Shown: positions 26,976-41,419, numbered from the stretch's first letter. The stretch: DNA of 64,000 bases from Octopus vulgaris (GCA_951406725.2 OX597823.1:64976001-65040000), one strand, 5' to 3'. Numbers and translations are program-made. The notes: a model not told the origin generated them from the letters alone.

Positions 26976-29363
26976 ATAAAAGAAACAAAAAAAAAAAAAA
27001 AAGCATACGCACTGCCGAAATGTTCGAGATAACCTGAGAGAGAGAGAGAGAGGGGGGAGATAGAGAGATAGAGGCTGGTTTCGAAGTTTAATCAATGCTA
27101 CATTTTGTTGTGAGACTTTTTGCCGATGAATCGATATTTTTTCTTTATTTTTTCTCGCTTTTCTTTCCTTAAAAAAATCATTTCTTTTGAATGAATTCTT
27201 ATTAAGAACAGTTCATGCGAGTAAAAGGTCAATAAGTGAAACAAGTTGAAGAAATAAATTTTAAAAATTAAGTAAACAAAATCTCAAATAAAACGTACAT
27301 TGATTTCATTTTAAAATTTCCTATGCTTTCTTCATTTAGTTAAGATATATATTCGCTTAATAAATATTTGCTGCATATCTTTCTTCTCTCTAAATTTCTA
27401 GTTTCCGTTAATGAAAAGTTTGAATTTTAATTACGGAAACCTTTCAGTGGCAATACGTTTAAGTTAGTTTCAAGCAGTTTGTGTAATATTATATTAAATC
27501 GATACGATAAAAAGATATGTATGTATGTATGCGCGTGTACTTATCTATTTATGTATTTTTGGTTCCAAAGGGTGAAATATAGTATCCTTAGTTTCATATA
27601 TTCCAAACTGGCCGGTCACTGGTTCATTATGTTTCTTACAGCGAAAGTATTAAGGAGTTTCTGTCGACAGACGCCTTCGTCGGAGTTGCATTAGGTTTTC
27701 GATTTCTCAGCGATGTACTTCGTTGAATGATATAAACATATTTTTAAGGCCCAGAAAAAAAGAAAGCAACCATGTGTCTTTCTTAAGATCTCTGGAAACA
27801 GACGAAAGGAAGATTTCTTTGGATCGAAATCCTGATACGAATGCTTGTAACAACGTGGAATCCATTAAAGGCGCACAAGGTCTAGGTGACAGTTTTAAAG
27901 GAAGCGACATATAAAGCCTCATACCGACGTGTATGCAGTGAAATATTCATAATTTCCTTTTATGGTCAGATTTATATGTCATCATTTAGGTGTTTAGTTT
28001 TATATATGACCGGTTTGTTATCGTCGTGTTTATTTTCGCTGTGGATTAACACAGAATTTCTGTAGCGCTTTGTCAAGATAAAATCAACCACCAATTAGCT
28101 TAAGTCTACATATGTAATATGCGCATGGTTCATTTCGTATTGAAGCCATAAGAATTATGACTTTGACGTAGGGTTAGGGTTAAGAACCGAAAGAAAAAAA
28201 TCTAGCATTCTTTATGAGTTAGACAGGAGCGTATTCAAAATATAAAGTGTATTAGTAGAACCCTAACCCTAAATTAAAATTATTTTCCATTGCTTTCGTT
28301 TTAGCCTTTCGTAATTTTTCTTAAATGTTATCCTTAAATTAATTTAACAATTAAGAAGAAAAAAAGAAAGGCTAAAATTTAGGGTTAGGGTTAGTGACAG
28401 GATGTTGTCTCAGTTTTAGACGCAGAAAATGATTTTAGCTCAATAGAAGCCATTGACTGGTTAAAATTCGAAAAATTAAACTACGTTAAACTTACAAATT
28501 ACAATTTTCTCAAGAAAGCCAAGAGTAAAAAAAAAATTATTTTGACCCATTCTACCAGTATACGAAGTTTAAAAGTGTTTAGTTAACTAGAAATTGTGTT
28601 GAAAATTGCCGTTCAAAAGGAAAAGATCCAAATAGTCTAATTAAGGGGCACGGTGATCGCCATAAGTTTTAAGCTTATATAGAAATACCATTAATATTTA
28701 CTGGATTGTAAAACACGACACCGTTTACAAAAACATTCGCACCGAAAGCATATAGAAAGTTTGTGTACATAAAACAAAATATGAACTAATATAGTTCTTA
28801 AATTTGACAGAAACAGGGAAGCTAATTCGCTGGTGTAAAGATACCACACTTAGTGTAAAGGTGTCACACTTAGTTAACAGAGGGATGTGGGTTCGAGTCC
28901 TGCGCGAATAGGAAAGCCTTCTTTTTATCTACCGAGGGTTTATATGCCCCTTCATTTGACTATTTTCTATAGTCATTGCACTGTGATTGCTTTAAGTTTA
29001 CATAAAAATACCATTATTATTATTTACAGGATTGTAAAACACGCGCCGTATAAAAAAACCTTCGCACCGTAATATATATTACACAAAAAAAAAACAAGCA
29101 TATAATTGGACATTCATACACATATATTTACATATAGATTTTAATGTATTTAAACCAGATTTTGTGTGTTTTTAAGATTCAGTTTCTAAATCAGACAGCA
29201 CATTTTAAACAGCGTTGAATGGTGTTATATCGGCTTTTAGATTAGATATTTCTATGTGCTTTAAAATAGGCATTGAAAGTGATTTCACAATATAAAAAAA
29301 AAAAAAAATTATGTTCCCTTCATATACATACATGCATCCTGATATATCTGTTTGTGTATACAA

Positions 29364-29790
29364 AGGCGCAGGAGTGGCTGTGTGGTAAAGTAGCTTGCTA
29401 ACCAACCACATGGTTCCGGGTTCAGTCCCACTGCGTGGTATCTTGGGCAAGTGTCTTCTGCTATAGCCCCGGGCCGACCAATGCATTGTGAGTGGATTTC
29501 GTAGACAGAAACTGAAAGAAGCCTGTCGTATATATATATATATATATATATAAGTGTGTGTGTATATGTTTGTGTGCCTGTGTTTGTCCCCCTAGCATTG
29601 CTTGACAACCGATGCTGGTGTGTTTACGTCCCTGTCACTTAGCGAGTTCGGCAAAAGAGACCGATAGAATAAGTACTGGGCTTACAAAGAATAAGTCCTG
29701 GGGTCGATTTGCTCGACTAAAAGGCGGTGCTCCAGCATGGCCGCAGTCAAATGACTGAAACAAGTAAAAGAGTAAAAGAGTAAAAGAGTA
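29364..29790 (+). mobile_element. SINE A copy
   Basis: Full length, from the ggcgcaggagtggctgtgtgg head to the (gtaaaaga)n tail. Confidence 0.85.
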
Positions 29791-30224
29791 TAGAAGATGC
29801 ACCAGAAAATGAACGTGGGGCGTCCTTCTCTGTACGTGCGTACATACACATACTCATAGACACACATACAAGGGCGAGTCAGACGAGAAGACGACTGTCT
29901 ACTTATGTGTATGTGTGCGTATTAGTACATGGGCTTGTATTTGCAAGTGTGTAGAATATGCATAAGTAAGTGTAAGATTATACGTTCATACGTAAACCTG
30001 TTCATACACACAGGTCATAGGCTCTTCTGACCTTTCCAGAAAGATGTATGCTGTTATATTTGCATCAACGCACCCGCTCACTCCTCCTTTCTTAACTGCC
30101 AAGGAATAATAGAACGGCATTTCTATATTTTTTTCCTACTGACCTCTATTTATTTGATATTCCTCTTGTTTTGTTCCTTTTATTTTTTAATGTTTATTGT
30201 AATTACACTGTATATTGTATATAT

Positions 30225-30274
<50 letters not shown>

Positions 30275-30680
30275 TATGTATATATACACACATATATATG
30301 TATATATATATATGTACATATATATATATGTATATATATGTGTGAATATATATGTATATATGTATATATATATGTATATATATGTATATACATATGTATA
30401 TATATATGTATATATACATATATATATATACATATATATATATGTATATACATATATATATGTATATATATATATGTATGTATATATGTATGGTATATAT
30501 ATATATACATATATATGCATATAAGTAAATATGTATATATACATATAAATACACAGATATATACACGCAGTCATATACACATTTACACACGCACATACAC
30601 TCTCACACTCATACACGTACGCATACCCCGCCAAATATGTATAAGAAGTCAGAGTTACACACACACACACACATATATGG
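30225..30680. repeat. Long (TA)n-derived compound microsatellite
   Basis: About 450 bp of alternating purine-pyrimidine repeats. Confidence 0.95.
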
Positions 30681-31157
30681 TTAGCGTGTGTACAAAATCA
30701 CACACATATTCAAATATCAAATGGATATAATGAGATTTATGGATGTGTATACTTGCATACATACGCACATACAAACCCACACATATATACACTCATACAC
30801 ATTTTTATGCACACATGTTATCACACAAAGAGGCACAACCCTTTAATACAAAGTAGTAGAATGATAGAATATTTTTACTTTCAATGTACATAAATAAAGA
30901 TAGAAAAACACATATATATAAAAGACTAGAACAACTTTAAAAACTCCTATTAGCGAGTGAAACACGTGTAATGGTGATTAAATAATACACAAAGCCTTTC
31001 TAATCTCTTGTTTTATTTATCTTTTTCTGTTTTACTTGAGGAATTTGTAGTCGAATGAATGAACTCCAGTACTTTTTTTAAAGCCTTGTACTTATTCTAT
31101 CGGTCTCTTTTGCCGAACTGCTAAGTTTCGGGATTGTAACTACACCAACGCCGATAA

Positions 31158-31188
<31 letters not shown>

Positions 31189-31880
31189 TGTCTATATAGA
31201 AAAACACAGACATGCGCGCACATTCACACGCACACACACACACACACACACACGCTCACACACATATTTATAAAGAATGGACCGCCCCAGCTGGATCACT
31301 TGTGATTATAGACCTACTCAATCAAGGTAGCTGTAGAGTTGATAATATAGCATCTACACCATTATTAAGAATTATTGTGTTGGAATACAATACTTAGTTG
31401 TAATATAATAACTTTATAAAGTGATATTATAGCTTCAAGCCAGAAAAGCCAGACAGTATTGATATGAAGATACATCAACTGAGTGTTCAACATCATTTCT
31501 GTTGATGATTTTTCTTCTTTTAGTCGTGACACATGTCAAAATATTCGTCATCAAAGGGAATAGTTTATTGAATTAACAATACTTTATTCACAACATTTAT
31601 TTGCCTCAAGGCAGAAACGGCAACTTAATCGTCTCAATTTTGTCATTTACAACTGTAATATTTGTTTGCACATATATACGTATAAGATGGAAATTTTAAA
31701 CTTTATTTTACCGTGTAAAACTCTGACTCTGCATCCCGAGAAATGTAATCAAGATCAGTCTCAGAGAATAATAGTGCAAAACGATCACACAGTGGAATAA
31801 ATAATGTAGCTAGGAAGAAGTGACGTCTAACATTTGAGATGTAGTTCTTTCCTTCTGAGTTATTATATTTGTGGGTTCAT

Positions 31881-32270
31881 GTGGAGGCACAATGGCCCAG
31901 TGGTTAGGGCAGCGGACTCGCGGTCATAGAATCGCGGTTTCGATTCCCAGACCGGGCGTTGTGAGTGTTTATTGAGCGAAAACACCTAAAGCTCCACGAG
32001 GCTCCGGCAGGGGATGGTGGTGATCCCTGCTGTACTCTTTCACCACAACTTTCTCTCACTCTTACTTCCTGTTTCTGTTGTACCTGTATTTCAAAGGGCC
32101 GGCCTTGTCACTCTCTGTGTCACGCTGAATCTCCCCGAGAACTACGTTAAGGGTACACGTGTCTGTGGAGTGCTCAGCCACTTACACGTTAATTTCACGA
32201 GCAGGCTGCTCCGTTGATTCGGATCAACCGGAACCCTCATCGTCGTAACCGACAGAGTGCTTCCATTCCA
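31881..32270 (+). mobile_element. tRNA-derived SINE family C (tRNA-Arg-like head)
   Basis: Head gtggaggcacaatggcccagtggttagggcagcggactcgcgg..ttcgattccc. 13-bp TSD atttgYgggttca. Near-identical to 46994-47364. Confidence 0.85.
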
Positions 32271-32330
32271 TTTGCGGGTTCAATACTGCTCAAGAAAGTA
32301 TAGTGCATTATTAGTATCTGCAAAAGATAC

Positions 32331-32433
32331 CCAACGTGTGGACGTTCAGTGATATTGATGTTTCGGCTTAAGTTTCCCTAAATCATACATTGCATCTGGA
32401 AAAACGACCTTGGCTAATTCAGTTGTTGATGCA
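32331..32433 (-). pseudogene. Pseudo-exon, in phase with the 42810-42978 segment
   Basis: Acceptor ttgtcctgtttcttatttag|T. Translation ASTTELAKVVFPDAMYDLGKLKPKHQYH*TSTRW, with donor GG|gtatct. Confidence 0.35.
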
Positions 32434-33649
32434 CTAAATAAGAAACAGGACAAGGTAATAATAGATATGCTCGATTAGAGCTAGCGACTGAACAGCTATA
32501 TCAAGAATAACAACACCGTATTCATTTTATTGTTTTCTTCCTTTCTGCTCTAAAACATTGGAAGTGAAAGTGAAAGTTAACGCCAACAAAACACGATAAT
32601 GTTTGTTTAAAAAATATATTAAAACTCCTTATATTGCTTTTGTATAGCGCTAACGGAGTCTTGTATCAACAGATCTAGGATCATAGATATTTCAGTACTG
32701 GGCATCAAGTCTGATTTATAAGCACAACAGACTCAGACCGCATTTCAAAATTGTACATTTCAAAGAAAAAATGGTGTTATTTGAAGGAGATTTAGTTACA
32801 TGTTTTCGTATTTTTATACGTTGCCAATGGCGGATTGCTAGATATATTGGAGTGTTCAATAGAAAGCTTTGTGGTAGTTGTTCTGAGACATGGCGTTCTG
32901 ATTTCAAATCCTGTCGAGGTCGACTTTGCCATTTGCTTTTCCAGAATCGGAAAAAAAAGTAGTAACCCAGGGCGGTGAATTGGTAGAATAGTTTAGAAAT
33001 GTTATGAAGTATTCGACGTGGAATTTTTGCATTCTGTATTGAATTATCGCCGATACATGCTTGCGTTGTAGGCCTGTTCTGTCGACTGTTTAACGCTATC
33101 ACCTAGCTTCTTAAGTGCTTTTAACAGAATCTACTTTGTTGCAAAGCATTTGGGTTAGATCTTCACTTTGAAGCTGCCTCCTTTCTTCCCACCCACTACC
33201 ATCGGAGGTTCTATGGCTTTGTTCGCCTTCTTGATTAACGGAAATATAAAAAGCTATATATATATATTTTTAATACTGTTTCTATCAACTAATTATCATC
33301 AATGATCGATTCTCATAAAACAATTTTTACGACAAACTTGAGTTGAAAGACTTACTAATTCAGAAGATTGCTTGATCTTTAAGGAGCTGTAACTTTAAGA
33401 AGGAAGAAAGAACGAAAATCATATGAGGAATAATTTTCAAAATTCGTTTATCAGAGTCTTAAACTGTCGAAATTTAATTTAAAAAGTTTTACTTTTAAAT
33501 AATAAAACGTAATAAATTGATTTGTCACAAACAATGATGGTGATGTCATAAATATGATATTTAATAATGGTTAAAACAATAAACTAATTGCATGTTTTGA
33601 CAAATGAAGTTAAGTTTTAAATTCTTTATGGAAAATGAAATTAATTCAC

Positions 33650-33707
<58 letters not shown>

Positions 33708-34080
33708 GTGCGCACGTACGCACACACATATTTGAAATATATGATATACTCCATTAATGAAAATGCAGCATTATTACTTCAAGTGTCATGATTAAATAAT
33801 TCTAAGCAATCATTACAAAACAAGCATCAATCTGTTATTGACCTATTTACAAAATACATGTTAATAACATATCAAGCTACCAGTAATGCCTTTTTGGTTA
33901 AAATTTATAGGGGGCGTAACTCACTGTAACTTAATATATTCGTATACAACTGATTTCTTGATCAAGTAGAAAAACCTTGATTGACAGAGATAATAAAAAA
34001 CGGGTACATATAGCAGCAAGAGCTTATCGGCAGTAAGAACTTCATACTCAAAAGTTTAATAAGTTCGCAAATTATCTAAA

Positions 34081-34469
34081 TCTCTATATATAAAGCTGAA
34101 GTTGTCTGTGTATGGCAGGTTTGGTAGCCTTCAACTAACACTATCTCCTCCGAGACCCTGCGGCGCAAGTTGACCAAAATTGAGAGTATGATAGAAGGCT
34201 TGCTCTTCATTCCGTGGAAGAAAAATTCAAATCGGACCATTTTAAGACCAAAAATTATTAACATCAAAAAGGTGCTTTTTTTTTCTATGAAAATCCCAAT
34301 TTTTTTACGATTTTTTTACTGTTGTGTCGCCATTTTTCGGTGTATTTCAACCAGAAAAATGTTCACTTAAAGAGAATAACAGGCTACATAATGCAAAAGT
34401 TTTACTTTTCAAAAATTCTAATTCTAAAGGGTCGGAACAAATCCGAGCAACGCCGGGCGATACTGCTAG
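34081..34469 (+). mobile_element. Non-autonomous Helitron
   Basis: A|TC 5' end, subterminal ccgagcaacgccggg hairpin, CTAG|T 3' end and no TSD. Confidence 0.75.
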
Positions 34470-36224
34470 TGTTACAGTAAAATTATTTACTAAACGCCGC
34501 CACTTCGACAGCTACCTACTGAAGCAGTGGATCAACAGATACCTTCTGATATAATGGAACTATCTTTACCTTTTTGCTAGCAACAGTCGAACATTCCTTT
34601 TGACAGATATGCCTTATCTCATTACATCTTTGATATTTCTGGCTCTATTTTTCTACGCTCATTTCAATATATCGGAGTGGTTCTATACATAACTATCCGC
34701 CAAAAACATTCTCTCTGATTTCCCTTTCAAATTTAACCCTTTATAGCTACTTCTGACCTTAGACACTCAATAGTTATTTCCGTATGGCTTTTCTTCTTTT
34801 GTTTCTTTTCACTCTCCCAGATAAGTTTTAGATATTTCTATGTTCTTTTGCATTTTGTAAACATTTCGTTTGTTTCAACGTCTTTCTAGTGAACGAAAAG
34901 AAGCACAAAAAAAGATAATGCAAAAACTATTATGTAATGATTTATGCGTCATACAACTTTTAGCCCGGAACACATTACTGAAAACTCCATGTAAAAGCAA
35001 AATGTATCTCGCAGATATGCTGCTGAAGATAATGCTGATGGTAAAGGTTAATGCGATAGACTTGCGCATGATGATAACGATGATGGTCACGATGCGGATG
35101 GTGATAAAGATATCCATAGCAATGATCATGATCATGTTCATGATAAATTGAACGATGACTGGGATGATGTGAAAAAAACAAACAAAAAAAAACACATCGT
35201 GGATGTATTGATTATAATCCAATTCTCTTTCAGTTTGTTTGCCATAATAATGAATCATATTTTCATTGGCATTTAAGAAGAATTATACATATATATATAT
35301 GTGTGCGTGTGTGTGTGTCTGTGTGTGTGTCTGTGTGTGTGTGTCGGTTATATGTGTAGACTAAAAGATTAATCGAATTCAGTAGAAGAAGAAATTAAAT
35401 GTTCGTGGTTTTATGAAATGACAATATCACTGCAAGCTAAGGGTAATGACTTTAACAGCGAATTGTAACGTCATTTTCAGCCTTGGCTAGTTCTTTCTCT
35501 ACACTATATAACGGGAATAAAAGTAGGCGCCATTACGTGAGCATCCAAACTGTCAAAAATAACAGACAAAGTTCCCTCAATTCATATTGTATCAATTTTA
35601 TACAAAAGGAAAGAAATATTTGATAATGTGTTATTGAGTACGGTTTATGAAAATACTCGAGAATGGTCGTGACTGTATCGCTTTTGTTCATGAATGGATT
35701 TCACTGGTCTAAATTGGTCAGTTGGAAACTGCACGACAGAAGTACCATACATGGTCTCAAATTCTTTGAGAAACAAGACTAGACATTTTTGGAATAAAGC
35801 CAACATCAATTAAATAGACTCACGTGGAAAAGGAAAACCTATAAAGCATCACTAAACTCTTCTAGACATATATTCTAGCATTGTGCATTCTCGACTAGTC
35901 CTCCACCGCACCACTCTTAATGATTTTTAAATATTGGGTTTGTATTCATGATTTTACTTTCACAGTATGTATACTACTGATTTAAGGATAGCAAACCTAA
36001 TTACTCTCTCTCTCACACTCTCTCTCTCTCACACACACAAAACAACACACACACTCTGTATACGTACATACACCCACACGTATATATGCATCTGTGTGTG
36101 TGTATATATATATATATATTATAATATTTGATTGGACGCCACGCATCCATTTCCAAGTTGTAATATATATAAGAAATAAAAAAAAAACGCGCACACTTTA
36201 CATAGTTTTAATATAATTTTTAAT

Positions 36225-36259
36225 ATATCGTCCGGTTTCGCTTTAGCTATTCATGATAT
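36225..36259 (-). ncRNA. Degenerate minimal hammerhead motif (A3-U8 core variant)
   Basis: ATATC-ATGAATA-GC taaa GC-GAAA-CCGG-AC-GATAT; perfect 5-bp stem I, but the cleavage triplet is GAC rather than GUC. Confidence 0.4.
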
Positions 36260-36663
36260 TATGGTTTACTTATTTGAATATGTATTTTCTTAAGAAGAAA
36301 TTTTGCCCATGTTGTATGTGATGATATTTACGAGTGAATGACTGCGCAAGTAGAAAAATAAGGGGAAGTAATTGGTTATTATTATTATTGTTATTATTGT
36401 GGGCAAGGGAGATAGCTGTTCAGCTTTCGGTTTGAGGAGGGGGATATATCGATGTACAGACAAAAAAGGTTTCGAAAAACTTGTTTAGTGAGGGGATTTA
36501 TGTACAGTGATGTAATCGTGAATTGAAATATGTAAAAATATAAAAATTGGTTATAAAAGTTGGATGAGCTACGGATAATTAATTATTAATTAATTATCTT
36601 ATTAGTTGATTTATTTGGTCAGTAACAGTGAAACTTATATACATATATATATGTATACACTGT

Positions 36664-36711
<48 letters not shown>

Positions 36712-36750
36712 GCATGTATCTATATATATATATATATATAGATATATGTG

Positions 36751-36811
<61 letters not shown>

Positions 36812-37298
36812 GTGTATATATATCAGTATTATATCCAAAATACACTTCGAATGATTTTTTCATAATGTCATGCCACACTTACATTATTCAGTTTTCGATG
36901 TCACCTCAAAGTTGCCATCGTTTTGAGCCAAGAAAGTTGTTGGTTGATTTCCTGTCTGAAGATGGAATTACGTGATATGCTGTGGCATCACGAAACGATT
37001 CATAGTATATCCTTATGATTGTATTATATTAAACTACAATACATTCTGCTATACCGGCGTTTTAGTACTCTCATCTGATATATGGAAAGTACACATAAGC
37101 TACAAAGATACAGTCACACACTCGTATAAATACATTACCTTTAGTTCTCGAAGACACAGCCCATGACTATGAAGAAATCATATTATTTCTACATAATAGC
37201 TTACGATTGCAAAAATGTTTTAATGCAACCATATATTTTCAAAGGTAAATAAAATTATAGATACGACATATTTTTATAAGAATAAGGCATTGAATCTT

Positions 37299-37360
<62 letters not shown>

Positions 37361-37905
37361 GCACGCATACACGCACGCACACACTAACGTATACACTTCT
37401 TCTCTTTCTTCGTTAGAAATATAACAGGTACAAAATGTTGTGCTTACGGAAATTCTAAAGTATGATCACTAATTTCAAAATTCGCTCTTACATAAACCCT
37501 GATAATGAGAGCTCATTATAAACTGGGCGGGAGGCATACTTTCGCTGAAATGATTGTATCTGGGCCAATCAAGTAAGGAGATGGGTGTACTTATTTTATC
37601 GATCCCGGCTAAATTTAAATTTAAAACGTAAAGACAGACGAAACGCCAACTCGCCGCCTAAAGAATAATAATCTTTTCTATTATAGGCACAAGGCCTGAA
37701 ATTTGGAGGAGATTGTTAAGTCGATTACATCGACGTCAGTACTAAACTGGTAGTTATTTGATCGACCGCGAAATGATGACAGATAAAGTTCACCTCCGTG
37801 GAATTTGAACTCAGAACATAAAGACGGACGAAATGCCACTAAGTATTTTGTCCGGCGTGCTAAGGATTCTGCCAGCTCGCCTCCTAGATAATAATAATAA
37901 TAATA

Positions 37906-37952
<47 letters not shown>

Positions 37953-37962
37953 AATAATGATA

Positions 37963-38690
37963 AAAACTGACGATAAATGGTATAAACGTGCCAAACAATG
38001 TTCAAGATAACGACTAGGCCACAATCATCTGAGGCATACCTGTTCAAACCGACAAAGAAATAAAAGTTAATCTTCCAAACACAATACTTAAGGATTGGAA
38101 AAAAAACCCTGCTTACTGTTAGACGTTGCAGGGCCTTCTGACCAAAATGTTGCCCAAAAGGAAGTGGAGAAAATGTAAATGTTATAAAGACCTCGAAATT
38201 GAAGTATTCAAGATATGTGTCATGAAGGTGAAAACAATACCAATAATAATTAGAGCATTGGGAATGATAAAAAAAAACATATGAACAAAAACGTACAAGC
38301 TATACCTGAATCCTCAACACACACTACACACTATCCAAAAACATAGATCTGTAAGGAACAGCCCACAACCTATGCGAGACACTATCAGTTCAATAATGCA
38401 CCGTAAACAAATCAATCCACAAAACAAGACTCTCTATACAGCAAATATCCAATGAAATAAACTACCACCAGCAAGCTAGATACCCAATACATTACACGCA
38501 TAACTCACAATACAAACAGTAATACAACAAAAGACTGCACCCCCCCCCAAAAAAAAAATCAAAAACAAAAAAAAGAAACTGATCAATATAATACCAGGAA
38601 GAGTTTGCACACTTCCAACAACAAAAATGAACACACAATGCTGCACATAGTAGAAATTTGCCTGAAACTATCAAAGGTAGAACAATGATG
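37963..38690 (+). mobile_element. Decayed R4/Dong-like RLE LINE end between (TAA)n/(TGA)n tracts
   Basis: TDKEIKVN.P.....D....CLLLDVA.PSDQNV..KE.EK...YKDLEIE......KTIPIII.ALGMI. Flanked by trinucleotide microsatellites at 37888-37962 and about 38700-38778. Confidence 0.7.
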
Positions 38691-38705
38691 ATGATCATAA
38701 TGCTA

Positions 38706-38778
<73 letters not shown>

Positions 38779-39215
38779 TATGCAAATTACAATATATGAA
38801 TAAGCGTATGAATGTTTTGGTTCAGGAACTGATGTTATTTCGATATCATTAATGTAATTTTATCTGTATTTCTGAAATGCCACGCTCTTCCGGAGATGTA
38901 AATAGAATTGTTTCCCTCAGTTGGAAGTCTTAAACGTAAACAGCCTCTTTTGTATCCAGCGTTGTTGCTTCCTATTCGTTGTTATTGTTATTGTTAATAG
39001 TTGTTGATCGGTTGTCGTTACGAATGCCGAGTTTATTTTCAAATTTTCTGACGAAATATACATTTTTTACACAACCATTTGTATTGAGGTCTTTGTTACA
39101 ACTGTTTGTTAAAAAAGGATAACAAAACAATAATTACATTTATATACAAGTTATGTAAAAACAGAATAGACTTAAAACAGTGCACTAACTATCTGAAGTC
39201 ATGGGCTGGCAAATA

Positions 39216-39775
39216 TTGGGTTGTCCGGAAAGTTCGTGCCGATTTATCGTAGCTTATATTTCGTTTTACTTTAGGACATGGTTGAGTCTATAAAATAGGA
39301 TTTGACTACACCTCCATTTTGAGCACAGTTTAAGCTATCTTTTCGTGGAAGAAGGTTTATGTTCCTATAACCTGTGTTAATTCTGTAACCTTTTAAAATG
39401 GAAGATAAAGTTCATTTTCGGCACTTGATGCTTTGGGAACCAGACAAAATTTGATGCAGCTCGGCTGGGATGTGTTACCCCACCCTCCATATTCACCAGA
39501 TATTGCTCCTTCGGATTTTCACTTATTCAGGTCTCTGCAGAATAGTCTTAATGGTAAAAATTTTAATTCCTTGGATGACGTAAAAAGATACCTTAATGAA
39601 TTCTTTGCCATGAAACCACCTCAATTCTGAGATGAGGGTATTTTCAAGTTAAAGGAAAGATGGAGACGCATTGTGCTACAAAATGGTTCATATTTGGTTG
39701 ATTAAAAATGTAATGGCAAGTATTTATTGACCTTTTAATTTTGTCTTTAAATGATTGGCTTAGTTTGGGACAATA
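39216..39775 (+). mobile_element. Internally deleted mariner of a different family
   Basis: TA|ttgggttgtccggaaagttcgtgccgat terminal repeat. ATG at 39398 (MEDKVHFRHLMLW) is joined directly to C-terminal LGWDVLPHPPYSPDIAPSDFHLFRSLQ. The right end is degenerate. Confidence 0.85.
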
Positions 39776-40760
39776 CGTCATGAATGTGTGAGTTTACGTG
39801 TACAGAGGGAGAGAGAGGGGGGGAAAGAGAGACACAAGGTATAGTGTTCATATATATATATATATATGTATGTTTGCGTGTGTTTGTGTGTGTGTGCCGG
39901 TAAATATAACTCAATACGTATAAATGTATGTATGCGTGTATGTTCGAGTGCGCACGCGCCTGTTATACAACGGACGAAAGAAAAAGTGTACAACAGAGTG
40001 GGCCAAAAGAACTCGGACATTCTCTGGTAAAATCAATAATACTTGCTGGAAGGCGCGATAGTTTTGAAAGTTTTCGAAATCATTATCATCTACATTGAAC
40101 GGCTGATAAATAGTGTCCAGCAATGCAAACACTAAGAAATCGTGATATATGCTTGTTGTGTACATATGTGTGTGTGTGTGTAAGAATTTATGTATGCATG
40201 CATCTGTATATACATTTAGCCATTTGTGTATCATTCTTAATGTTAATATAATCGGAATAGGTAAGTTTATTGCAATATTAGTTCTGAGACAATGTCACAT
40301 ATGGATATGCTGTGGTTAAAAACATACAATATATTAGTAGTAGATGAAAATCATTTTAGCGCCGGCCAGTAAGTATGCAAAGGACATTTCAAACGCCTTA
40401 AGCTTTGTCTCATGTACTCAAAGCTAAACTCATGAGAAGAAAGAATCTATCTCCAACGATATAAGGAAACAGTGAGTAAACATTCACTGATGTTCCAAAT
40501 AGCCTCCTGGCTGAATAAAGAATCCGTTATATGCAACAGAAACAATATTAGATTAAGATAACTGTTTGTGTATCGTTTTTAACTTTAATACATCGTGATA
40601 GTCAAATTTATTTGTCCTGAGATGAAATGACATAGGGATATTCTGTGCTTTGAAGCAAAGAAAAAAAATATCAGTTGGTTCTTAGTATATGCTATTAACA
40701 AAAGCCCAATGTGACAAAAATACATTCTCACTGGCTGCCTCTAATATGGTTTGTGTTTCT

Positions 40761-41190
40761 AGGGCGGCGGGCTGGCAGAATCGTTAGCACATCGGGCGAA
40801 ATGCTTAGCGGTACTTCGTCTGCCGTTACATTCTCAGTTCAAATTTCGCCGAGGCCGACTTTGACTTTAATCCTTTCGGGGTCGATTAAATAAGTACCCG
40901 TTACGCACTGGGGTCGATGTAATCGACTTAATTCGTATGTCTGTAATTGTTTGTCCCCTCTGTGTTTAGCCCCTTGTGGGTAGTAAAGACAAAGGTATTT
41001 CGTCTGCCGTTACATTCTGAGTTCAAATTTCGCCGAGGTCGACTTTGCCTTTAATCCTTTCGGGGTCGATTAAACAAGTACCCGTTACGCACTGGGGTCG
41101 ATGTAATCGAATTAATCCCTTTGGCTGTCCTTGTTTGTTCCCTCTATGTTCAGTCCCTTCCCCTATTGGCAATAAAGAAATAAATATATT
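40761..41190 (+). mobile_element. SINE B tandem dimer
   Basis: A full copy at 40761-40995 is followed by a 5'-truncated near-identical copy at 40995-41190. Confidence 0.8.
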
Positions 41191-41332
41191 TTGTGTTTCT
41201 AACCTTTGTATGCCTATGTGAGATTTCATATTTCTCGACGAAAACCCCAGGAAAATTTGCCTATCATGATGTATTAACATTTAGTATGAATCACAAACAG
41301 CTATTTTATACTGTTTCTGTTGCATGTAACGG

Positions 41333-41363
<31 letters not shown>

Positions 41364-41377
41364 CATACATACATACA

Positions 41378-41413
<36 letters not shown>

Positions 41414-41419
41414 TACATC

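Noticed and set aside
28825-28910. Functional tRNA gene
   Set aside because: The D-arm region is duplicated and there is no clean anticodon stem. The SINE heads elsewhere are likewise only tRNA-derived.
5536-29867. Recurrent ORFs with DGLLSVSVYQIHSQGFGRP / LPKVPRSGTEPGTMWL
   Set aside because: These are chance reading frames of SINE family A, not a gene family.
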